From the NCBI GenBank assembly GCA_040954595.2, contig CM082576.2:3012760-3076759 (forward strand): a stretch of DNA of 64,000 bases. Direction: 5' to 3'. A program made the position numbers and the translations under genes. Origin of the DNA: Balanoglossus misakiensis (taxonomy: Eukaryota > Animalia > Hemichordata). The notes below the pieces were generated by a model, which searched no databases, was not told where the DNA came from, and saw only the letters and a program-made list of their open reading frames with translations. Shown one piece after another: positions 27,828 through 42,500 of the stretch. The stretch's first letter is position 1. Each line of letters opens with the position of its first letter.

Positions 27828-28064
27828 ATGTATGTATGTATGTATGTATGTATGTATGTATGTATGTATGTATGTATGTATGTATGTATGTATGTATGTA
27901 TGTATGTATGTATGTATGTATGTATTTATGTATGTATGTATGTATGTATGTATGTATGTATGTATGTATGTATGTATGTATGTATGTATGTATGTATGTA
28001 TGTATGTATGTATGTATGTATGTATGTATGGGGATGGATGGATGGATGGATGGATGGATGGATG
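27828..28064. repeat. Compound microsatellite (ATGT)n followed by (GGAT)n
   Basis: About 50 ATGT units with one variant unit, then about 8 GGAT units. Confidence 0.97.
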
Positions 28065-29801
28065 TGTGAATCACTTATAAACATATCCGTAAAACCATTT
28101 CGCGCAATCTACATTCATATCCCGCCATGCTTTGTGCGTCGCGGTGTCAGTGCAGCTGCTCTTAATAAATTCTATTGTGTAACACCTTGTCGTCAAGGTT
28201 TTTTCGGAATCGAACTCCGCCGCCAATGCCATTGCTCTTAATCGCGACATGCTACTTTACCTCGGGGAGGTCCAGTGATGCGGGGTTGACAATACACTCA
28301 GCCGCACAGTCGAGCTCCACTTACATGTATTTTTCACCAATACCTTCTCATGGGTACGGTGAGAGTGCTTTGCTGTACTTTACTTTCAAGCGGGATACAA
28401 TTTTCTGGAAGTCGTCTCAAAAGCAATAAGCAAAACGTGTTAATACCAAAGGGTATCCCTCTCATTTTCACCAAATTCACCAAGAATAAAAATATCTTTT
28501 GTCCAGTTTTGGTCCATGGGTTTAACTAGATGATATTCTAACGCAAGAAATTAATTTGCATAATTTGGGATGCATAATTAACATTGTCCTTGAACATATT
28601 ATTCTATGACCAAAACGCTTTCACTCAGCCTTATTTCGAAATAACACAAGGTGAAAACAGGGCCTTTGTCCAGACACAATAGCAATACGTGTGCCACGTC
28701 TGCCGTGAAGCTTAAGACGACGGATATTGTCGTTGCTCCCTTAAAGCCGCAAGCGTGATAATCTGGTATATTGGTGATCAACACTACTCTCATTTTTGGC
28801 GGTCGGATTTTTTGCACTCAAAATAGACGTTGACCTTGGCGATGAAAATCACAATGCGCCGGGGAAAAATCACACAGTTTCCCCTTGACACAGCTGCTGC
28901 CGAGCAAATGGAAGTGGGCGTCTCTCTGTTATTTCAGTCTAACAAAGCAGCAACGTAAGAGAGAGTAATCTTCAATATAAGCAGAGGTTAACGAACTGAA
29001 AGTAGTCGTTGTTCTCGTGATGTTCTCGGCTATGAAGAGTCTATTATTCTGTGGTTTGACTGGGTGGGGTGGGTGTCAGGTTGACCGGCATCTGACGCAA
29101 AAAAAAATCGGTTGTTCAAGTGCGTCCCTGATTGACGATTTAGTTTCCATAAATCATTATTGCCTTTGACATTCGGTAAATGAACAAATCGACCATGGTA
29201 CTAGTATACGAATCGAACGCCACTTATGTGTGTTGAGCAGGAGAAAACTCGTTTGGTGTTGTTCACGGCTCTGTCGAAGAATCGCTGTGTATTGATCGAT
29301 TCTGAGTCAGTATAAAGAGATAAAAAAACACGCAAAATAACACGAAAAGAGTAAAAGTGACTCAAACCCGAAGCCCGCCGGCGATGGTAGCAACTGAGCG
29401 AATTATTCAGGAAATGCGAAGATGCGATTAATTTCCGATGTTTCTTTTTTAGCCCCATACAAGGCGAGTCATGGTTGTACAACCTACTCATATCAGGGAA
29501 ATTAGATAACCTTTGCAGCGGTAGGGTCAGCGTGTGATATCTGTTTTCTACGCGTGCCCATCCGCGATCAAATCATGAATTCCCCCTCTTTCACTTCGAG
29601 GCTTATCAGACGCAAAATGAATACCAGGGTGCATGGTTGGATGGAAGGATGGCTGTGGTGGAGGACGCGTGGGAGACGAAGGTGGGCTGACGAGAAATTG
29701 TAAGACGACACCCTACTCCCACAATGTAACAATGTAGAAATACCTTGCTGAAGAAAATATCAGGTGGTCGGACAAATCTAATGTGTGGATAGATGGGTAG
29801 T

Positions 29802-29976
<175 letters not shown>

Positions 29977-31058
29977 TATCGAATGATATCTGCTACCACT
30001 ATATGGTTGTATTTTGATGCAAATGACATTTTTGTATTTATTAGTGAACGCCTAATTCCGCCGATGGGTTTGCGAAATTCAACATGCTCTGGTAAAAGTT
30101 GAGAGAGCTCAATTTCAGACAGATGATGAAACCTGTGTCTACCCTTTTCATTTCCAGGAAATTTGGCTCTAGAATGTCGCGATCAATTTTTGCCATCGTT
30201 TCAAAGAGTACGGAGGCGAACAAAAGGTCGACTTGAATAGTGAAAGGGAAGTACGAGCGATCGGTTGAAGTCACGTCAGACTTGATCAATTGCGGTTCTC
30301 CGGTGCACAAAAATCCAAGACGCGGCCTTTCTACGTGTTAGCTCATTTAACCGACATGGGAAATTGCTCATATGCATCTCTCCTTTTTCGCGCCACTAAT
30401 TGGCAAATCACAAAGCCTGCGCCCTATCCTGACATCGACCCGCAACAATTACTAAACGCACGCCCTTGCTGGTGTTCTTGAACCGGGGAAGACACAGGTG
30501 CAAAAACGGACGCTCCTCTCTCCGTCGCTCGCTTCTTCATTCTCGTTACATAAAACGAGCTGTCGTGTTTTGAAAAATGAGAATCCTTACAGGTAGTTAC
30601 CAAATAACTGAGAACTGCCTGAGCGCCTCTTTGACATCTCAATGGCTGCGTGCCATGAGAAGAATTGAGCATTGAACTGCGCGGGTATAGAATTCCCGAG
30701 TTGCAAAAAAAAAAGTTTTTTATATGAACATCTTGCACTAGTTTGCATCTATGGAGGTGAACTGAATTGATTTGGAGTATATTAAGGAAATTGCCAGTAT
30801 GCCACCGTGTGACAATGAGTACCGCCCTGACTTCATTTCTAGCTAAGATAGAGGAAATGATGTCCATGCTCGTAGATGTTTGACAGTTGCCGACATCGAC
30901 AAAGTTTCAAGCCCTCCGTCATCTCAACTTCTGCCTCAGTGTTTGTTCCTTTGTGCGCTTGCGCGTGCGTGCATTCGCGTACGAGCGTGGCCAAGTCTAC
31001 CTCGGTCTTCATTTCGTCATTTTACCTGCCTCTGCCCGGTCTATTTTTCTTACTTTCT

Positions 31059-31197
31059 TTCTGTCTCTATCTGTCTGCTGTGTCCGTGTGTCTGTCTGCC
31101 TGCCTGTCTGTCTGCATGTCTGCATGTCTGTCTTTCTGCTTGTATGTCTGTCTGTCTGTCTCTGTCTGTCTGTATGTATGTATGTATGTATGTCTGT
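31059..31197. repeat. Degenerate (TGTC)/(TGTA) tetranucleotide tract
   Basis: Imperfect TCTG and TATG units seen directly. Confidence 0.85.
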
Positions 31198-34100
31198 CCC
31201 CGCACACGTCTTCCGGTCCGCCTGACTATCTCTCACGACTCTGTTTCTCTCTGGCACTGTCTCTTCCTGTATGTCCATATATGTGTACTCATATTCTAAT
31301 TGTGAAATATTGAAGACGTTTCAGAAATTATCTGAAAATTAACACCACTGCCCCAAGGCGCCGCGCTTTCAAAAATAGTGTATTGGTGTGTTTTACTTAT
31401 TTTTACTCAATAAAATATAAGTCCTAACGATGTAAGTCGCATCTTGTTTAATCGTTTGGCGTCATGTTAAATTTCGCCATAAGGGGTAATTACAGTTTTA
31501 ACAGTTCGATTGACGGAATCAATGAAGTCTTGTGCGCCGACGTTGAGCAATATTACTCGGTTTTGTGAAACACTCACTCAAATTAATTTTTTGAGTAGAT
31601 GGGAATTGGATATTAGAGTAAGGATGCTTTCTGAAGTTTTTACTCCAAGCCACCGTGTTCATGATGTCACCAATCGGCACCGCATGGGGCTCACACACAT
31701 GCATTTGAAACGCTTCTGCAACGTCTCAGGTCAAATACTGGCATAAAACATTATGTGTGAACGGTCCTGGAACGTTTCAGATTTGAGCCGGATTTGCCGG
31801 TCAGACCTGAGCCGGTGTTAAGGATTAACACCTCTCCGCAATACATTGTCTATGTGGACGAGCTTCAGGGTCTATACTTACAAATGGCAAATTGTGTCTC
31901 TGAAACGTTTCTAGTTTTACCCAATGTGAACCTGGCAATTGATATTGTGTCGCATTCAAGTTAAAACTATGTTAAAGATAGCCGTGATTAGTTTACTACT
32001 TTTGGCTGCCGGCTGACCGAGGGGAGCAAGAGAGAACAGAAAATAGACAGACAGACAGACAGACCGTGGCAGAGTCAGGTAAACAGAAACTGAAAGGCAG
32101 AAGAACAGATGGACTCGTTCGACAGACAGGAAGAGAGTTTAAGTTGACAAAACTATCAAGCCATTTCCATTTTAATTTTTCTGATTCAATAAAACTTATG
32201 ACCATGATCACAAATTTTAAGTGGGCTACATACGTGACAATTCGTTTCGTTTAATATAACAAAAAGTCAAAGTATATCCTGCATTTCAGCCGATGCGGCG
32301 TCTATGAGAGTGGATTTTCGATTCATAGTACTAAAAACCTTTCAGGGCAAATGCAATAAAAGTTAAAACGGTTCCTCCAAATTACAACAATGTGATTCTG
32401 CCGGGGCAATTAGTCACGCAGTGTACATAAACAATCAAGTAGCGCACAACAAGTCTATATTAGATGGCTTTGTGCCTAAATTATAATGTACCTTCTTTAT
32501 GATTAACTTGGGTTAAGGTTAGTTTTTTTGCATCTGTGTCTTTTGTTATGATTGTTGCTTCGCTGTATTTCTGTGTCATTACTCTTTCTAACTAGTTCAA
32601 GTTGCGCGTGGACCTGAAAAGGCCTCGGCGTTTTGCTCGCTTGCTGGCTGAAAGTGATCTTCCTGCATCAGTGTGCGGTCGCGACCGTTTAAAGTGTACC
32701 GGGCGGGGTCTGACATTCTCGTCCCTGACGCGATTCCGTGTCGTATTTTAGCCCGCTTACATCGGGACTACCAACATTTCGGGGTCTTAATCTCAGAGAA
32801 AAAGACCGCCGTCATTCCGGTTTGTCACAGACGGTGTAAGCGTGAGTTCGACAACTACATAGTAATTTGCAAGACCAGTCATTCCTCTCTCACGAAAACT
32901 AGCGCGATTTTCCGCGGCCAATTTGAAGTTTAACTGGGGGCAATTCCCTCTGGATTTGTAAAGCAGCCCAGATTCCTTTTACCATGTCTATTGTGAGACA
33001 GACAGATACAGCTTTCCCGACGGAAATATGAACATGAGGTCCAAGCTCTTTGGACTCTATTAAAGACAGGAAACCATTTTGTTGCCATAAAGACAGCCAC
33101 ACACTCATCGGAAAATAAGCGTATAGTTGCGATATAATGGTCGTGTCGATTCATGTCGACCTCCATTCATTTGCGTGTAATTATTATGCCTATTTCGGTA
33201 CATTCATATCATGTTGAACAGTTCTTTTCTAAAGTAGGGTATTCCGATTGTCTCATCGACGCAAAGGGAACAAACCCTTGTTTATCATTCCAGATTTAAA
33301 CGAATGAAACACAATTTTCGCGGAGAAAGCAGAAAATCCAGGCTTGGTCGCTTGCAAACAAGTTGATACGCGGAGATAAATTATATGCAAGAGTTTTTGA
33401 GCATATATTTTTGTAAACGTTTATATTTCCTTCTGAAAATATGTAAATGATATAGCACATTTAGGTCGTCTATCCTGGATTTATTTGTGACGTACCCCAT
33501 TTCTCGTTGGATGCACGCTTTTACAATTTGATAGTCTCGAAGACGAAAACAATGTCCACAACTCAGATTTGCGATGCAGTGTAACTTGCGATGTGGTGTG
33601 ATGTGGTGTGATCAATTTCAAACTCTTTGTTCTTGAAGCGAACCATTGACAAGAGCGTACGCTGGGTTTTGCACGTGCAAAGGCAAATTAATGATATCAG
33701 GAACCACCATAGTCAGTATGGAAATTGTTGTTTATATTTAGCCTCAATGCGCCTGCACGGACGGTACCAACCAGCGTCATGGACCAAAATAGGTTTGGAT
33801 CTACCAGCTAAGTCCCGCTATAATTATACAATCAACACATTAATTTACATTCAATCATTGGTCATTATGAAAAGGCGGGTTAGCAGAAGTTTTCTCCTAA
33901 ATTGATATCATTTCGAGTCGTGGTATTTTTAAGTAGACGAAGGATACCTGGGCGATTCCGTCATCGCCCAAAACAGAATACTAATTTCCTTCCGTGAAAA
34001 GTAAGGGTAGAAGTGTTCATTCCACACAGGGTTTTGTTATCGTGCAATTATCCTTAAGCCTGGGATAAAGTACAGATAATGCGCGTATTATTTTAATTTT

Positions 34101-36443
34101 GCGTAATTTCTGACTTTCCCTTCGCTGCACAGCGTTAATATTGTTTTACTGATTTCACGCGATGTTCTTCACACGATGTTTATAACGACAGTGTTTCCGA
34201 GCCTCATTTTCTCGTTACAAGCGTCAGAGTTGTGCTTTGGCGCCAAACGCACAAATCGAACACTTGTGGCTGTACGACGAACGGCACACGCCTCCTGGGC
34301 TTTCATTGACAATGCGGCTTTTTGAAGTTTACAAAAGCTGTCGGCAAGGTCGTCACTTCTACTGCCGTCTATTTTGGAGCGTCATCACCAAAATTAGTCC
34401 GGATCTACCGCCACATTTTTAATTGATAGTTACACACACATACGTTAGAATAGTATTGATAGCATCTCATTTTCATAAGCTGATCTAATTATTTTTTACG
34501 AATCAAATTCTCGGATAGCACCGTTCATTTTCTTACGTTGAGTAAGAACGGCTAACTGTCCGACATTCGAAAGGACCAGGTGGTTACATGCTTATATATG
34601 GAAACGACACTTGACGCAACGGCTACAGAAGTAGTACGACTAACATAAGCATAACTGAAAAAATCTTACATTGTCACATTTCAAAGCGCCCATCCTCTTG
34701 ACATACAATTGCCTATTTGAACATAATATCGGTTTTATTCATCATTCAAGTGCCTGTTTGAACACATCAGGTTTTTTTCATTAGCGCCCTACTGCTGGAA
34801 ATTGTCATTGACTATAGTGGCGATGAAGAGAACATGGAAACTATGCGAATATTTGACTTATTTTTCCCACTTAATCGGGCCAATGCATAATCAAAATGCA
34901 TAATCATGTCGGTATTTGAGTTTTCCGCTCCCAAATAACCCAATGAGGACTTTCAATTCCACCAAAGGCGGCGTTCTCGTCAAGAGATGTAAGCTTATAC
35001 GTGCATCTGCTTTGTTTTGTACCGTAGGATAAATGCATGGGTAACGCAACAGCAATTCGGTTTGTCGCTTCAACAAGCGGCTATGTATTACAGGAGCCCG
35101 TATTTTTGGGGGGACGCTCTTTGAGAATGATAGTTTAATTAACAGATTTGAATTTTTCCGATTGTTTTACTGCGCTAATAGATCACTAAAGCCCCAATGA
35201 GGAGTGGATGCGCAAACTACACCACACAAGCGAGAGTAAAAGGTGATGGTATCTCGTAAATGCATGGATGTGTTGTGCCGACGCTTTAATATATTTTGCC
35301 ATCTGAATTAGTTGACGAGATTTAGGCGAATATTGTATCAAGCCATGTGAAACGAATCAGATTCATAAGCTCGCTTTACAATTTGCTTTCGACCATATGT
35401 AACAAGGATACAAAATAGAGTATAAGAAATCATCTTTTCACCGACTCTTAACCGGCGATCAGTCACCATCTGGGAGAGCAGATTAGAATACGCCGCCTAT
35501 TGATTTCGTGACATTAGATCCAGTGGCGTCGACGTGCGCAGGAGGTTGCATCACTGGTGAAAATCGCGGCCAGCAAACTATTTTGGTGTGCCTCTTTATG
35601 CACGTTATTTTGTTGTTGTTATATTTCACCGCGAAGTTGAGCACGTGACCCGCTGTATCTGCTGTTATCCGGAGGCCAATATCTGTAATCCCAAAGGCAG
35701 TTAGTTGGCATATGATACTAATTTTTTTCAGTGGCATTGCGTCCGACAGCCTCTTGCACAAAATATCAAATGGTTTACCGCCAAATATGCTGCAACTCAC
35801 AGTGCACTAAAGTTGTTCTCACGGACAACATCCAGCCTGCATCATAAGCGCTGATATTGCCAGAAGGCGAATTCGTCGTACAACATATTGGTGTCGTCAA
35901 TTGACATTAATCTATAAATGAACAATCCGATACTCTATGCAAAACCTAACGTCGACATTTTGACAGCCGACACAATATAAAACAGACGAATAAATGAAAA
36001 AAAATCAGAAGTTAATCATCATCATCATAATCATTTTCATCTCCGATTTGTTCGTTTATAGACTGAACGCTTGCATGTTTAGTTCGTTTCCCCCGACTGA
36101 TTCTTTCTTGGTGTGAGCATTTATGAACTAAAATCCCAACAACATATTGCGTGTAACCTTCTTAATCAGTATTTGAATATCGCACCGCGCACAATCAAAG
36201 GTTGCTTAATCCAGATACCGCAGAGTATCCACCGTGGAAAATCACATCCACAATATGACAATAATTTCTCTACAATTACATACCATGGCTTAGTGCCTGT
36301 TGCACGTACGAGCTGTCATTGCTACCCATTGTTCGTAGGACAAATTGAATTTAAATCCTTCGCATTCCTTTGCTTGCGCGAAAAGCATCGACTTCATCGT
36401 GTAGTGTTAATCCGCCGACTTGATATCGGTACGTTGCGTTGTT

Positions 36444-36537
<94 letters not shown>

Positions 36538-36566
36538 CCACCACCACCACCACCATCATCATCATC
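36444..36566. repeat. (CAT)n trinucleotide microsatellite with a (CAC)n interruption
   Basis: About 41 triplets seen directly. Confidence 0.97.
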
Positions 36567-39500
36567 TTAAACTCTCGATAGACAGTTAAGCCTGTATTGT
36601 GCATAATGAATTAAAATATAGAATATATAAACGATATATTCAAGTCGCCAAAATAGGTAACCACTCTTACTTTTTGTTGTTTGCTAATGGTCGAGTTTCT
36701 AGAGTCAGAATGAAGGACACGTTGACGTCCAGCAGTTTTATTCTTAGTACAACGGCATTTGGGGCAAAACACGCAAACTGACACAGGAACGCTTTGGTGT
36801 AATCGTCCACCATATGTTAGAAGCCGCGCATGCTCCGGAACAGACTTACTGGGCATAGAATCCGAACGTTTTCATCCAAAACAATCAGAAAAGCTTCAAA
36901 TTAAAGAGCAAATCAATTTTAGCGGCAAGTGGGCTAGATGTTTTCCAAAATTGGCCAGGACGGGAAACCGTTGTTTAATTTCAGCAGAGTGTACATGCGG
37001 CTTTTAAAATGGTCAAAAATATCACACGGGAACTCGCGTTAAACCACGTAAAGTAGCTGGCTGTTGTTTCTATTTTTCGTTGGTCTACTGTTTGTGATTT
37101 TTAGCGTGTTGAACCTTCGCGCCTAAACATCCGTTAACTGAGAACATTTGCTATTTTTTTCTGGAATAATGTAGTCCTGTTGCTCTCTTTCGGAACGAGG
37201 AGTCTCCGCGCTGCCCTATTGCCTATTGATTAGTTCATAAAACGGTTCCTGGAGTGAGCGTTTAGCGGCTGCTAATCGTGTCATTAACTTAGACAAACTA
37301 CAAGCCTTTAACAAAGTCACTTTATTGAGTGCATACAAAATGGCGTGTTTTCACGCGCGGTGATTGTGTCCATTTGCTGCGACGACGCAGTCCTTTTGGT
37401 TGGTTACATATGGGGAGGTGGAAAATTGATTAAGTGAAGTTAGTACCTGATAATGGGGTGGATCGTTTAGATGCAAGCAATTACCCATCGCGCGGGCTTC
37501 TGTTCAACTGCGTTCGCGTATTCTGGGCACGCGCGGTAGCTTAAAACTGTGCCAGTCTCCCTTTTGTTTGTTTGATGGGTCCTAAAAGTCCTGAAAAATC
37601 GAATCGCTTCAGTCGACACTGCCTCGTATATCCGAAAGTCAGTTGAGTGCGCGCGACTGTGGGACCTGCGCTTTGTGACGGCGATACGGTTTCTATCTTT
37701 ACCTGTTGGTAATTGGGCGTGGATTATTGAGACGCGCGCATGCATGGTGAGAGAAACTTATTTGTCAAAAGGGGGGAGGGGTTACGCTGTATTTTCAATT
37801 CGCACTTCCCTCTTTTGTTATATTTTCACGAATTTTGCGCCAGAAAACGCATGGCGCAGATATTACTACAAGGAAATATTTTGTTTCACTGGTTAGGCTA
37901 AGGTCATACATTTTTTTTCTCGCATTTTCAAATTTTTGTACATGTACTTCGGTAAGCTCAAACGCGATTAGTTTCGTAAGTCATTATTCAGGGCTCCTGA
38001 CAGTGTCTTGATGCCACACCGAAGACGTGAATCGTTTGGAGTGGACGAGACCACGTCAAATACCTTCTTAGTGCTGCGAACACTCACGCGACAGGGCTGT
38101 AACTGAACCTAAATTTGTAGAACATATTTATGGACTTTTCGAGCCTGTCGCACGTCATCAACGGAGATAAATGTTAAAAATAAACACGAATATTCAGAAA
38201 ATAGCAAATTGTAGTGTAGGAAAGTAACAAAATGGTTAACCAACACGTGTTTTTTTTATAGTCGAGGCACTGCACATAAAAGGACAGCCAAAAAATGGAA
38301 AGTCGCTGTTTTTGAATTACAAATGTATAATAAAACATTGGCATCCTTTCATCAACGCAGACAAACACACAGACAGATCGAGACACAACAGACAGACACT
38401 CACACACATACTAGTATAGCGAGAATGAATGAATGAATGAATCTATCTGGCTATCTAGCTAAAATATATCTATCCATCCATCAATCCATCCACCCACCCA
38501 CAAGTCCGTCTATCTATCTAAGCTATCCATCTGCCTGATTATCTGGAGTAATATTCTTCATCTTAAGTGTTATTTACCTCTTTTGTCAGTATTTTCTTTC
38601 CATTGTAATATCAATTCAATTCACTGAATTGTCAGTCATTTTACAAAATTCAATGAATCTTAAAACCTGTCAATTGATACATTACGATTATGGATCATTT
38701 CAAAAGGAGTGCTGCCCGTGTTTCTTTTCAGCCTCTTTCGACTGTTTGCCTGGTGATAAGAATTGCTCATACGAAGGTGAGCGGTGCGCACCAGAAGATC
38801 GAACAAATGAATATGACACCCACGTTATCTGCCATACATCCTGCCAATTAGATACAGTTACAACACGCGCGCGCGCATCACAAGGGCGCGGTGCCGAAAG
38901 AGAGGCTGGGCAGCAAATCGCCTACCAAATGAGGCTCACAGATACAGTCGCGCGTAAACTGCTGAAAGAAGGGGAAATTAAAATCGACATCAATAAGCTC
39001 TGGTGGTAATTGAATTTAACTTCCTATCGGAGCTCAATGATGAAATGTGCCGTTGCACCTAAAAGAGAAAATGGGCACAATCAAGGAATCTGTTAATATT
39101 TTATTTCAGACGACCGTGCAAATAATAGCTGATGATACTTTGGAATTGTGGCCTTCGGGGTTATCACTCTTGCGACTATGCATTCTTCTCAAATTGTCCG
39201 GGGAAGAAATATTGTGCGTCACTTTCAACCTCAATATGCGATGCCGGAACGCGGGTTTTCTGTGACGCTGATGTCGCGATCGTCCCGTTTTTGTCGAAGA
39301 GAACTCATCTCGACGACTGCATTAAACTTTTATTCCCCCTCACCCCCCCCCCATCCGTCACTGCTTCCGCCGTCCCACCGTCAACGATGCACTCGCAGTG
39401 TCCGTCAGTCAAGCTCTTCATGCTCTACTTGCGTATAGCCACCATACCCACGGTACAAAACAAGCATGTAAATTTGTATGAACGTGAAATGCGTGACATG

Positions 39501-42500
39501 CGTCTTGCGTTTTGTTTACCGATGTGATCAAAGCATGATGAAATGCGAAGCGTCTCGCCCGCGCACATTTTACACGCGTGTATGTATATCGAACTTGAAG
39601 TGTAATTGAAAAGAAACACTTTCCTCGTTCCTTGCAATCGGAACAGACGCGCGATGAATCGCGGGACAAATGTAACCATGGATACAAAACCCGTCGATTC
39701 TTCTCGCACGATCCTGTCCCTTTTGTTTCGTACGTTACACGCGTGGACAAGAATTGGAGCCCGGGGCCGGTCTCGTTGACGACCGTCTGATACTAGAAGT
39801 AGACAAGAATCGGCCAGATACACGACAAGATTAAGATAGAAGGGAGGAAGAAAATCCCGAACGTGACCTCGATTAAAACTGCATGAATCTGCCCCTGCTA
39901 ATAGAGACATGGCATTAACCTTCGCCGTGAGTAATCATGAATCAACAACGTTTACGACACTTAAAAACTATTCCCGATCGTGTTGCTGCGATGATATTGA
40001 TCTCGGAAATTAGCGCGTACGTCCGCATAATTGCGGTTTTGAAATGAACCCATACAACACTTGCAGGGAAAGTGCGCCCCGCTATAAACGTATTTCTATG
40101 TGTGACAGAATCTTTCTGGCAATATTTAGGTATCGCGGAAAGAAGAACGAAGCCGCATTACAGGTACATGTAATTCTTTTAGAAATAAGTGATTGCGCAC
40201 TCCTATTTTTTTCCCGCCATGTAACGTATAAGAAATGAAAAGTTAGACGTTTGATGTATGGCTGTCACACCTTTCAGACGATCTTTCACAAAGTGATTTT
40301 TCTTCTATAGAATACTGCACCCTGACATGACTTCAAATGGTGTTAATCTAAACGCCATGAAGGAAATGTTTACTAATATAAAATAAAATCCATTCCCTTG
40401 AGGAACTTGTAGTTCCTCTACGGAGGCTGTGTTTTCGAACGAACTACCTCGAAATATACATTAAACACCATTCCCCGCGGGCGGATGGCGTATGAGAGAT
40501 CACTCCCAAAGGGACCACAAATAAACAGCTAGCTGGTCGATGGCATTGTCATCGTCATCTTCATAAGATCGCCTCTTTTCATAAGAATTGTTTGTCAAAC
40601 TGATATGATCATGTCATCAAAACACATAAACTCGTCTTCGCGTCAACATATCGCCTTGGTTTTCACATAGTTGGAAATATAACACTACTCTCGTACATGC
40701 ACATTACACAATATTATATGAGAGGGCATTGCCTCGATTAATAAACGTCTCAATGATAAAGTAGACGTCGGGGATGGGTGGTTCGATGAACAAGAATGGG
40801 TCCTTGGATTGGTCGGCCATACTATCTCGTGAAACTGCCCTTGCTGGGAAGCGTTGATCAAGATATGTACAAACGAATTGTACAAACTGAGGTGTCTGGT
40901 AAAAAGAGCCAGAGGTTAAGCTCCTCGCACAATGTACACGTTAGATATTTACCGTTATCGTAATAAATGTCACTGTGCGAATATGTTTACATATTTAAAT
41001 AAATACATTTATAAATATATGTTTTTTTTTTATTTTTAATAAATTCTGTATTGCTTTTATAGCCCATAAATCAATTTATACTTTAATATGATTTTAACAA
41101 TCCTGTAGGAATTTTAATATTATGCGTTTCTCGCTGTTGTCCAACTGATAATAGCTGTCCAAGCCGAACAAAAAGTACAAGGGCCGATGACTGAAATGTC
41201 AAGATATGTAGACTATCCGCGTATATAAGTAGCGATATGATCCTGCAAACCCTTGTTCGAAGCTTGACAGAAATCAAACATCAAAGCAGTCTGTGGTGGC
41301 TGAATGCGCTCCGTCGAAAATACAGACACGCGCCCGGAGGTGGTATTCTATATGACATCCCGCTATCACTCGATCGCTTAGAATTTCTTTGTCACGTCAT
41401 AAATCAGTCTAACCATAGCGTTCAGTGGATGGTCATGATCAGCTAATGCTTTTTACTCGGAAAAATGAGAACCGCTGAACCACTGGAAGGCATGTTCCCT
41501 GCTCTATTCAAACGTTTGGATCGGCTGCAAAACGCCAAGGTTGTTTCAATCGACCTTGCTTTGGCAGATATGTTATATGCTGGCAACCAGCGCATGTAGA
41601 AGTCATGAGCATGCATAATTACGCAAGTTCAAGTCATCAGACTATTCATGCGTGTCTAGTTCACAAGAACAAACATGAGAGGGCCAGGTTCACGGAGACA
41701 ATTGCATCGCAGTCGATGCAAAATAGACTAGACTTAGATCTATCTTAGATAACTTACATTTTTTTTTTGAAATCCAAATGCAGTAGCATTTAGATTTTAC
41801 AGAGTTCAATGTTGAAGCCCGAATAATAGGCTCGCTGTCTGTCTTGATGTGGTGTTAAAATGTGAAACACACCGAGAATTAACTTTCATGTCCATCGCTT
41901 TACCGGCGTTTCGAATCTCCCAAATAGCGAGACATGCATACGATGGCGAATTCGCTTCATACCCTGCGGGTAACCGAGCGGGATCAGCGTTTGTCAATCC
42001 GCAGTAACAAAGAAAACGACAGTGAACTCCGATAGCTTCCCAAATAGGATGATCGTCAGTATCGGCTACACAATGGGAGGAGGGATGAATAATTCAGGAA
42101 TTAATTTCAACGATAGAAAGGTCGCATTAATCTAAACAAAAACGCGAGACTGTATTATTGTTTATTTGAAAACACGCATTTGATTTGGGTTAATAGGTGC
42201 ATGCATTTTTCACATCACGAGACAACCTGTGCCGCTAGCTCGCATTTCAAAAACTCTAGGCGATAACTGAGAAACGGTGGCCGTCTTTTCATCTGGCTTG
42301 TATTAGGCATTAACACCTGTACACTCCAATCACTGCCTCCGGAGCTGACAACGATGATGAGTTAAGTTGCTTTTGAAATTGACTAATTGAAAATGAATCA
42401 GAAACTGCAGCGAAGCCAGTAGGATTTCCGTCACATGTTCCGAGTCGTTTCGTCCGATAATCCATCATTACACAGCGACATGCCCCCGAGTCATTTTCAG

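Noticed and set aside
27759-28241. ORFs with MYVC/HTYI repeats
   Set aside because: Translations of the (ATGT)n microsatellite.
36113-36604. Poly-His and poly-Met ORFs, tempting as the missing His-rich part of HRC
   Set aside because: A (CAT)n microsatellite 27 kb from the HRC-like gene, with the His frame on the opposite strand and no splice context.
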